Below are positions 51,850-61,390 of a stretch of DNA of 64,000 bases, piece by piece. The notes under the pieces were generated by a model, which was not told where the DNA came from, ran no database searches, and saw nothing but the letters and a program-made list of their open reading frames with translations. The number at the start of each line of letters is the position of its first letter. Within the stretch, counting starts at the first letter, position 1. Source of the DNA: Spirogloea muscicola (Eukaryota); assembly GCA_009602725.1 (NCBI GenBank), contig WELB01000011.1, forward strand, positions 794,748-858,747, written 5' to 3'. A program made the translations under genes and the position numbers.

Positions 51850-54493
51850 ATGGCTTCGACTCAGAAGAACATGTATGGCTTCGAGGCGATGAGCTTCAAC
51901 ATCAACGACGGCTTCTTGGAGGCTGTCCTCCGAGGTCACCGGGCGGGCCTGTTGACCGCTGCAGACTACAACAATCTGTGCCAGTGCGAGACGCTCGACG
52001 ACATCAAGCTCCACCTCACCGGCACAGACTACGGGCCTTACCTGCAGAATGGTGACTCTCGCAAGGACCTTCAGGCCCGTTTGCTTTCGCTGACTACTGA
52101 CACCTGCGTCCTGCTCTTAGAGCAATGAGCACTCACTGAAACTGCTCCTGACGAGTACAACCGTGCATGCCTTTACAGAGCCCTCGCCATTGCACACAAG
52201 CACAATCGTGGAGAAATGCACGCAGAAGCTAGTGGAGGACTACATGTACATGCGCAATCAGGCCACTGAGCCCCTCTCCACCTTCCTAGACTACATCACG
52301 TAAGCAGTCACTGGCCTTTGACCTAATTGGCTTGCCAATCTTGGAATGGCAAGCTTGGCAGCAGGTCAATAAGTTGGTGGGACCTTCAAGGTCTTCTGCT
52401 ATTGATCTGCACAAGGTGTTGATGATCTTCTTACTGGTGGTGATTTGTGGGGGTGCTGCAGATATGGCCACATGATAGATAATGTTGTGCTCATCGTGAC
52501 TGGCACCCTGCATGAACGGGATGTTCACGAGCTTCTAGACAAGTGCCACCCTCTTGGAACGTTTGACAGGTAGGCTAAGTGCACTGCATGATTGTCTCGG
52601 ACTTAGTGGTTGCCAACCATTCAATTACGGGGTTCTTGGCAACACAAGTAACACTCAGAGTTCCCCTTTGAAAAAGTGTACTATCACGCCAATATATTTA
52701 ATGGTGCACTATCAAAGATCATAGTAACATGCACCGTTGTTTCTTGACCTGCAGCATTGCAACCTTGGCAGTTGCACAGAATATGCGTGAACTATATCGG
52801 CTAGTACTCGTGGACACACCATTGGCTCCATACTTTTCTGAATGCATCACCTCGGAGGTGACTTTGTCATTCTGGGAACCTCTGTTTCTGATTTCCTCAG
52901 AACCACTTGTTCTATGTCTTGGTTGAGTTGACGGGGGCATGAAGGCTTTGCTGCAAAGCTCAGGAGCTGTTGTTGTGTCGTTTACATTTGGCAGGATCTT
53001 GACGATATGAATATTGAGATCATGAGGAACATATTGTACAAAGCCTACTTAGAGGATTTCCACAAGTTCTGTCAAGTGAGTTGTTTCCAGACACTATTGT
53101 TGAAGACAGCCTTGAGATATCAATAAGTTCCAAGAGCATGAGCTTGAGAAGTAAAGGAGTTCAGCTTGATAAGCAGAGGAGTGTCTGTCACTCTTCTTCA
53201 GAAACTTGGAGGGGCAACTGCAGACATTATGAGTGACCTGCTATTTTTTGAGGCGGATAGAAGGGCAGTCAACATTACCATCAACAGGTGACTGCAGATT
53301 TATGAAGTACATGTTGTTACACACTAAGCTGGTATGTCATGGATTGTTGGGCAGCCAGCTCATGTGTTGCGTAGACATAACGTGACGCGCATCAATCATG
53401 ATTGGTTTGACAATGAAGCAATTGCAAGAGTCTAGTATTGAGGTGCAATTTGTCTCATTGCTGGCAGCATTGGTACTGAGTTGACGCGAGATGATCGCCG
53501 TAAATTGTACTCCAACTTCGGGCTTCTGTAAGTACTTTCCATTTGTCTTTGTTGCCACAGCATCTTATAGGATGCAGATGCTATATCGAGACATGCGGAA
53601 TTTGCTGCAATTGGTCACTGCCTGATAAGGGTCTGCTTCAATAGGTCACCTTTGGCTTTTCTTGTCATGACATGTAGAGCTCTTCATTAAAGCAGTGCCA
53701 TAGTGAGCTATAAGTGCCCTAGTGAGCTATAAATGACCATCACATTGCCACCAATAGCATAAGGAGCTCAGCTGCTTATGCTTCTTGTTTTCATGTGGTG
53801 CTCTGTCACAATGCATGATTAGTTTCCTTGAGGCTCACATGGATCTTTCCTCTGGGCAGGTTTCCATATGGGCATGAGGAGCTTGCCATTTGTGAAGACT
53901 TTGACAGCGTAAGCTCTATCAGGCCTGCCTAGGATCCTGATCCTGGTGCTAGGTAGCAGGTACATCTGAAATTTACAGAACAGCTCCTGACCTGTGTCTA
54001 GATTGCTTATGTGCAGGTTCGTGCTGCAATGGAGAAGTACCCCATGTATGCTGCCACTTTTGCGAAGTTGTCATATGGTGAGAGCCAAATGTTGGACAAG
54101 GCATTCTATGAGGAGGAGGTCAAGCGACTCACACTTGCATTTGAGCAGCAGGTAGGTGCTACCGTTTGGCCCAATGCAAATGACAGGGGATTTCATACTG
54201 CTGTCTCATTGTTGTTTCACTATGCAACAATTGATGCGGCTTCTTGTCTTCACGTCTGACATGTTCATCTATGTGCGCTCTACTCCGAAGGCATGTTAAA
54301 AGATCCTCCATAAAATTTGTATTGTGCTGATAAGAGGGCGTATGTGTTGTATGCCTTGCAGTTCCACTATGGAGTTTTCTTTGCATATGTCCGATTGAGG
54401 GAGCAAGAAATCCGCAACCTTATGTGGATATCAGAGTGTGTTGCGCAAAGGCAGAAGGCCCGCATTCATGACGGCATTGTGATCATATTCTGA
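51850..54493 (+). CDS. VHA-d: Vacuolar H+-ATPase V0 subunit d, 10 coding exons, intact
   Basis: [10 protein letters not shown]...[63 protein letters not shown] and [17 protein letters not shown]. All introns GT-AG. The canonical Met is at 51871; an in-frame upstream ATG at 51850 adds MASTQKN. Confidence 0.97.
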
Positions 54494-54949
54494 ATATAGT
54501 GTGTCATGAGAACTGCCACCTGCTGATACCGAGATCCATGAAGTACTTCAGACAACTTGTTTGACCTGCATCTGATTCATGCGATGTTCATCGTTGAGAA
54601 CCCTGTTGGCACAACGGGCCAGCTTGACTGCTTGATATAGCACTTGCAGGGAGGTATTTACATGTCCAAGCTGTCTGACTGACAGACATGCTCTCATCTA
54701 GATGTGGTGCACTTGCTCATCCACCACCGGCGGTCGTCATCGATCGCCTGTGGTGGATAGACAGATGCGCCTCGCAGATATTGTGGGCGGCTCTGAAAGC
54801 AATGCACCTCAGGAGCCTACTACTTGCACCGGAAGCCCACGTGGAGCTCGGCTAGAGCTAGTGTCTCAAACAGCGCTATCAGGCCCTGGCCTTGGCAGGC
54901 ATGGCGGCTTAACTCTCAACCCTGGGGGATGGGAAGGGACTCTGAGCAC

Positions 54950-57033
54950 CTACGAGTGAGCACATTCCTGGACGATTCTGCAACAGCCCAAATCCACTAG
55001 AAACGGGTCATACATTGCCACGTAAAATTTGCAGGTATAAAAGAAAGGACCACAGCTACTGCGGTTTACAGTGGAAGGGCATGCAGTCACTTCTAGAGCG
55101 CACTTGTTCAGCAGCTGCCGGGTGTCTTTGATGCGCTCTTGGATCTCCGAGCAGCCCTTGTGCCGCTTAGCCTCTCCCTCAGCTCGGTCCAGCTCACTCT
55201 CAATCCTGAAAGGAGCAGAAGCAATTGACCACAGATCAAGTCAACCTGTGCTGCATATGCCGAAGGACACGTGCTCTAGCAGGCACTCAGCAACAGCCCC
55301 CTGGCAGCTGCTCACACACATCAACACCCACATGATCAGGCTTGACACAATAAGCTGCCTACAAGTGTATGCACATCAGATTCAGTTGCAAGCATGATGG
55401 AATGATCACAACAACTAGGCTGCTCTACCTACTAATAAACTTTGAAGGTGTTTCAACACCTCTGCTTGTGGGCAGGTGCTCTTGGCCACGTGCACCGCAT
55501 AGTAACATTCAACACCGCCAGGGACTGTGGAAGTGCATGCTTCACATATCATCAGTCTGCAATAGTTGCCATCTCACTATGATCCATACTTCTTGCCAAC
55601 CCAAAAAGTACACAAGGTTCTGCAGAAATTTGCACAAAGCTGTTCCACAACCTGAGAACTGAGAGAACTGTGTGGCGCTTGGCAGACCTCTGCAACGCCA
55701 CAGCGAAGGAGGACCTAAAGTTAAGGATGGGAAGCATGCTATGTTGTGTGCGATGCTGCACCTTAAGCACCGTAGCTTCGTCAAGACTGTGGATCCAGTG
55801 CAGAAGCAGAGGCAGGAGCCGTTTGAAGTGGGCCAGCAGGACAAGCCCCAGAGCTTGCACAAGCGGCAAGACAGAGTCGAGCCACACCAGGCGCCAGGCA
55901 GCGGCCTCACTGTGCCGCTCCACCTCTCCCAGCAGCGTCTCGAAGACTTGGCCGTAGCTGCACATAAGCGAGCGCCGCATGTGAAGCGTCTCAACAAGGA
56001 GGTTAGGAAGTGTGCCTCCCTGCAGGCCTTGTGATGTCGCTTGAGAGACTGTACTGTGTACAACTATAGAGTCCAGTACTGGGGCCGCCTCGGCAGTAGC
56101 TTACAGCAGGCTCCTCGGGTTGGCGCCCTCCAGCCGGGTGGCGAGCCCCACCGCCAGCGGCACCGCAAGCGGCCACAGCTCCTCGTGGCAGGCAACGAGG
56201 TTGTGGCAGAGCGCGTCTGACGTGACTGGCCCAAACCACGCCAGGTCCTCCACGCCGGCTGCTCGGACGAAACGGTCCAAGGCGACCAGGCTGGCCCGCT
56301 GCCACACCCCACCGCAGCCTCCCTAGCCACCCTCAGCTAGCGAGCACTGTCCGAAGGCTTGGGAACGTCCGCAAGCATTTGGGCGACGGCATCATGCGAC
56401 GTAGTGGCCACGAAAAGGCCGTGCAGAAAGCTCAGAGCGGTCGAGGATTCAAGCCACGATGGCACCAGAGGGTGCCGGGCTGGCAATGTAGCCAGCATGG
56501 CGTCTCTGCCGCTGATCACCTTCACGGCTGGCGAGAAATGGTCGAGGGCGGTGAGCACGCAAGGCAGAGCCGCCCGCACGAGCGCCTGCAGCTCGCTCTC
56601 GTCCGCCTGCTGCAATGGACACGCGGATTACCATCATCTTTCGGTGGGCCGGGCCAGGCCTGAACAGCTGCAGCACACGCTAATGGAGAAGCCAATTCTG
56701 AAGCACGGATTCTTAACCTTGTCTTGTAACCTTTCTGCATTGCAACAAATTATGAGCTCTGAAGAAGCTCCATCATCTAAAGTGATTGCTCAACACCACT
56801 TGTGAAGAAAAAGCTCATGTACAATCACACATATATTAAGACAATCACGTCTATCTGTTGTTCAACATTATGGGCGGGGAGTGGTGCGGAACCTGCACGA
56901 CCAGGGCCTCCAGGCGCGCCGCGGCCGCCGCAGCGTCCGCCGCCGCGTCCCGCAGGTCCCCACTGCCGGCCGGCGCCTGGCGCATGCGCCGCCGCAGGTC
57001 CCGCAGCTCGAGCTCCGCCGCCGCCGCGCCCAT
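54950..57033 (-). CDS. TTI2-like (TELO2-interacting; At2g39910-like) ARM/HEAT protein; both ends uncertain
   Basis: Exons encode LPCVLTALDHFSPAVK, EELWPLAV, LGLVLLAHFKRLLPLLLHW and MRCTWPR, which resemble recalled Tti2-family motifs. First in-frame ATG after an upstream TAG is at 57033. The last exon starts near 55207; it either reads to TAG 54952-54950 or splices earlier. Confidence 0.72.
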
Positions 57034-57039
57034 CAAGTG

Positions 57040-57066
57040 CTACGCGGGCTCCGCCGCGGCGCCCAT
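57040..57066 (-). promoter_or_regulatory. 8-codon uORF (MGAAAEPA*) in frame with, and 6 nt upstream of, the TTI2-like ATG
   Basis: ATG GGC GCC GCG GCG GAG CCC GCG TAG CAC TTG ATG. Confidence 0.55.
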
Positions 57067-57130
57067 GGCCGAGGGCCTACGCCAGGCGGCTCGGGCAGCG
57101 CTGGTGTCCGCCGCCGCGGCGAGCTTGGTG

Positions 57131-57161
57131 AGTTTAGGGCGCACTTTAGGTTAGGGCTAGG
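57131..57161. repeat. Degenerate telomeric motifs 5' of the TTI2-like gene
   Basis: TTTAGGG...TTTAGG TTAGGG CTAGG. Confidence 0.6.
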
Positions 57162-57484
57162 AAGGAGAACAGGGGCCGCCGCTACCGGGATTGCATCTCG
57201 CGATATGTTGTAGGTAAGTCTGATGCAATCAACTTTCTCTGAGTACCACACGAGTTGTCACGCGCGGATATAAGCATACTCACGCCAGTCGGCGCCGCAC
57301 CGCGCTAACCCGTCGGTAAGTCCCACACGAAGACGTGCGCGACCCAGAAACGGCACCGTCACCGCCACTCACAAGGTGCTCGGGCAAGTAGTTATCCACC
57401 GTGAGTGAGACCGTGAGTCAATGTCTCAGCTCATCTGACGTCCTATTGCTGGCACGGGGGTACTGCCAAAATAATACCTTTGTG

Positions 57485-57590
57485 CTGAGCGGGTCAATCT
57501 GCTGTGGTGATGTACGTCATTATATGTGCTGGCCTTTGTACTAGGCCATTCTGGGCTTCGTTGCTTTCGAGTACACGAAAATCTTCTTTG
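57485..57590 (+). repeat. Dispersed repeat family B copy
   Basis: CTGAGCGGGTCAATCTGCTGT...ATGTGCTGGCCTTTGTACTAGGCCAT...TACACGAA is collinear with 46474-46580. Confidence 0.85.
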
Positions 57591-57950
57591 TATTACCACC
57601 CTGTGGCTGGCTCTGACAGCCGCCATTTCAACATCAGCAGCCGCCACCATTAAGGAAAAGGAATAGTGGATGTGGCCGCTGAGCCCCCGCGTTCCCCGCC
57701 GCATTTCGCGGCGCCTGCCAAGGCCACCCGCCGGCCTTGCCGCCCCGCCGGCAGCTCTGGCGGCGGCGACGGCGGCGGGCAGTCGCGCAACCCGTCATTG
57801 GGGTCTAGCCGGCGCCACTTCAAGAGCCGTCCAGACGTCCTAGGCGGCCACTTACGCCGTATGGCGTAAGTGGTGGCAGCCTATTGTGGGCCTCTGTGGA
57901 CGGCCGTCCCCTGCCGCCAACACCACAGGCGGCGGCCCGGCACCCTAGAG

Positions 57951-60200
57951 ATGTTTAAGAAGTGAGCCCTCGTGCGAATCCCACCGCCGCTACCCATCGT
58001 AACACCACATATCTAAGCTCGGCCGCTGCAGCTGAGGCTGCAGCCCTTGATGTCAGGCAGGTGCCTGTATAGCATGCCTGGAGCATTTGCTGCTGCTAAT
58101 GAGCCGTGATCAACTCCTGCTGCGGCTGTGAGGGACCCCAGGTTCACTGCGGAGGAGGTTTCGGGCCAAAATCAAGTCAAGGCGTCAGTGCAGCGCCGCA
58201 TTCGCCAGAGTATCGGCGAGGAGGTGAGGCCCCCGCTGCCATGCCAGGCTTGCTGATGGTGACGATGATGATATCTTCCTCTGCCCGCCAACATGGAGGC
58301 TAGACGGCAGCGCAAAACCTCTGCAGGCGGCAAGCGACCTCTCATTCGATGGAGTAGGGCTTGACTGGTTGCGGATAAAGCCATGGGGTCTGGAGTCAAG
58401 CTCTGTGGGTTTTCAGCCTTTGAGTTTTAGGGTTTTGCGATGTATTGCTTGGACGTCAGCAATTTTGGGTGGGGTTTAGAGTTTAGGGTTCGGGGTTTAA
58501 GGGGTTCAGGCTTTCAAGCTGCCTGCGTCAGGCCTGACGTGTCTGCGGGCCCTCGCCACGCTCTCTTTCTGCGTACCTGGGCGGCGGCTGCGGCGGCTGC
58601 AGTATCCACTGCTGGAGCCGGTCGTGGATGACCTCCTCCCAAAGAAGGCCCCACTTACCGTTGCTAAATGGTGAGAGCCATTCAAAATCCGAGGTCGCTA
58701 ACAGGCATTTGGCTCTTAGTCACTTTGACTTGTGACTTCATCACCTATTGCCACACTTTCCTATGACAATTATCCTGCAAATAGCAGCTGCTGCTGCTAT
58801 GTGCAGCAGCTGCCGGCTGTCTTCCCTTATTGGATCTCTTGCCTTTTAGGAGCTTCACAGCCAGGGCAGTGTGCAAGCCTTCTGACTGTTGACAATAGCA
58901 ACAAGCATGAGGAGTGGAACGGGACTGCCGGCAGTGCCGGCCTGAGCTTGAGCATCGTCATACCTTGGCTGAGCATGTGCGCAGCCAGAACCACCTGAAC
59001 CTGGTGGTGGTGAACAACGTGCCACTCTTCTTCAACGTGCGCGACGGGCCATACATGCCGACACTGCGGCTGCTGCACCAGTGTGAGCACCTTCCCTGCC
59101 CCCCCCCGCCCCCCCCTGCGCTCAGTGATGGCATTGTCAAGCTTTGAGGACCTCAGAGATTTAGCTGCTGAACAGAGGTGGTGGTAGGGCTCAGCCTGTG
59201 GCCGCTTTGCAGCTTCTAGTGATGACATGGTCCACTGTGAGAGCTGGAGTTAAGCATCAGTCCTCTCCCTTTTACCTTCAACTCGGTGCTGCTCTGCTCC
59301 ACCCTGTAGAGCTCTAACTTCTCCTTGGTCCTGTTTGTCCCCTTCCCCGTTCCCCACCAACTTCCTGTGAAGATCCCGATGTAATGAAGCGGGTGCAGGT
59401 CGACCGTGGCGCGATCAAGTTCGTGCTGGCAGGCGCCAACATCATGTGCCCGGGGCTCACATCCAAAGGCGGCGCGCTCGACCCCAACGTTGGCGCTGAC
59501 TGCCCTGTGGTGAGTATTCCATTCATGGGTGTTGTACAACAAAGCCTCCTCTGCTCTGTGAAGTTCAGGCCCTTTGCTGGCTTGGCGTTGTGAGCACGTT
59601 TGGTGGCTGAAGCCTAGCTGGCAACAGCAAATGACATGCGCCAAGCTCATGATGCTGAAGCTGCCATCGGCCATTGCCTGTTCAGGCAGTGCATGCTGAG
59701 GGCAAGGAGCACGCGCTCGGAATTGGGTTCACCAAGATGTCGGCAGAGGACATGTACAATCTCCAGGCTGCTGCCCTTTGTGCGCATATTTGTCAAATGG
59801 TTGATAAATTCTGTCAACAGGCTTATTTCCACCATGTCATGGTGAGCTTTATACCTCCCACTGCACAGGCTGAAGATCAACAAGGGGATTGGAGTTGAGA
59901 ACATGCACTCGCTCAATGACGGTCTTTGGAAGGTTGGCCATGCGATCCTCTTGTGCAGCTATAGGCCTTTTACTGGCACCAACAAGAATAGCCCACAGCA
60001 ATCTATTGCATTTGGTTCGTCAGCGGAGGCACACACTTGCCTAAGTTGCTGCATAGCCCTGTGCTCTGGGCGTCTCCTCCCATAGTCCTATTGCAAACTC
60101 AAGTGGTAGCTATGTGTGTGAGATGAATGAGCAGACATTGCCGGCATGGCTTTCTAATGTTGGTCTGATGGGGTTCCACCAGATGACGCACTTGGAGTGA
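57951..60200 (+). CDS. MCTS1: MCTS1/MCT-1 (Tma20) PUA-domain reinitiation / 40S recycling factor, 8 exons
   Basis: Spliced product [25 protein letters not shown]...[34 protein letters not shown]...[22 protein letters not shown]...[23 protein letters not shown]. All introns GT-AG. Confidence 0.96.
58422..58510. repeat. Degenerate telomeric/telo-box cluster in MCTS1 intron 2
   Basis: TTAGGGTTT (58427-58435) and GGGGTTTAGAGTTTAGGGTTCGGGGTTTAAGGGGTTCAGG. Confidence 0.75.
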
Positions 60201-60704
60201 GTTGCGGTTGCAGCAGAAGGATTGTCCCATTTCTTTCCTGCACCTTCTGTGGATCTTCTATGGACCTGGACAGTTGCAGTGCGCTTGAGAAGTTGAGGCT
60301 TCAACGGCTGCTCCACGCGACCTTTGTGTAACACTCGGCCAATCAGGAACTGCACTGGGTGAGGTATTAAGGGCATCCACTTGTGTGCTACTTCCTGTGC
60401 ATCAAGCTGCACTTGCTGCAGGACAGGCGATATTGCCAGGAAGTACTGGGCTTGTGTACTTCTTGAGCAGCAGTTTGGAAGTGAAATAATTGACAAGCAA
60501 GGTTGGGAGGATGCAGTTGCTTGCCTCGGGTGCACGACTCCCATGTAAAGCAGCAGATAGCACAGTCACATGATACATTCTCGACGCACTGCTCATCTAT
60601 CAATGACTGTACTACGAGGGGCGGCATTGTGGGACCACGCATTGCACCACACACACCTTGGCAGATTTGCCAGCTCCACCTCAACCCTAGGCAGGCCCCC
60701 CGTG

Positions 60705-60858
60705 TGAGCTCTCTTGCTCTGGAAGTAAGAGAGAAGGGCTCGCCCATTGAGGACAGGGGCTGGAAAAGGCCAGCCCATAAATGAAAGAACGAAGTGCGAA
60801 AAGGGGCTGGGGTAAGCACTAGGAAAAACAAGCACAGAAAGGAACTGAGCAGCTAAGG
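60705..60858 (-). repeat. Dispersed repeat family A copy (inverted)
   Basis: The reverse complement reads ...TGTGCTTGTTTTTCCTAGTGCTT...GGGCTGGCCTTTTCCAGCCCCTGTCCTCAATGGGCGAGC..., collinear with 40120-40250. Confidence 0.88.
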
Positions 60859-61192
60859 AACTCTCAGTAAGCCCTGCTGAGCCGCCTCAAGTCGGAGAAG
60901 CAGACCTGGAAGCAAACCTGCCTGGCTGCTGTGCAGTCGCTGACCTTGATCACAGCAGCCAATTCTGGCGTCATCGCTTGGCCTTGTCGTCCTCGTCGGG
61001 CCAGCTGCCGCCGCTTCTGCCACAGTCTCGAGACTGGCTCGCGCGGGAGCCGCATTGCCGCTCGTCGGTCCCCATCTGCCACGCCTGCGCCTCCGTTGAT
61101 TATAGCCACGTATATCCTCTGTGTACACTTGGCTGGCTTCCACAAGCCGCAATTTTAACAGTAGAAGCCACATTCACCTTCACTGGGCCAGC

Positions 61193-61196
<4 letters not shown>

Positions 61197-61241
<45 letters not shown>

Positions 61242-61324
61242 TNCGGCCCATGGGGGAGCCGGAGTCGTGGGAGGAGGACGTGGACGAGGCAGGGGGCCGG
61301 GCCGGCGATCCATCGCCAGAGGCG

Positions 61325-61360
<36 letters not shown>
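61197..61360. repeat. (GCC)n and (GCG)n microsatellites flanking an ambiguous base (N 61243); probable assembly join
   Basis: About 14 GCC units at 61197-61240, then N, then about 12 GCG units at ~61325-61360. Confidence 0.9.
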
Positions 61361-61361
<1 letters not shown>

Positions 61362-61390
61362 TGACGCCGGCGACGGGCGGCGCTGTGCAG

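Noticed and set aside
60110..61173. Minus-strand ORFs between MCTS1 and eIF2D, including an AG/GT-bounded 84-nt segment near 60266-60349
   Set aside because: No recognisable motif or coherent gene model; overlaps the MCTS1 3' region and a family A repeat.
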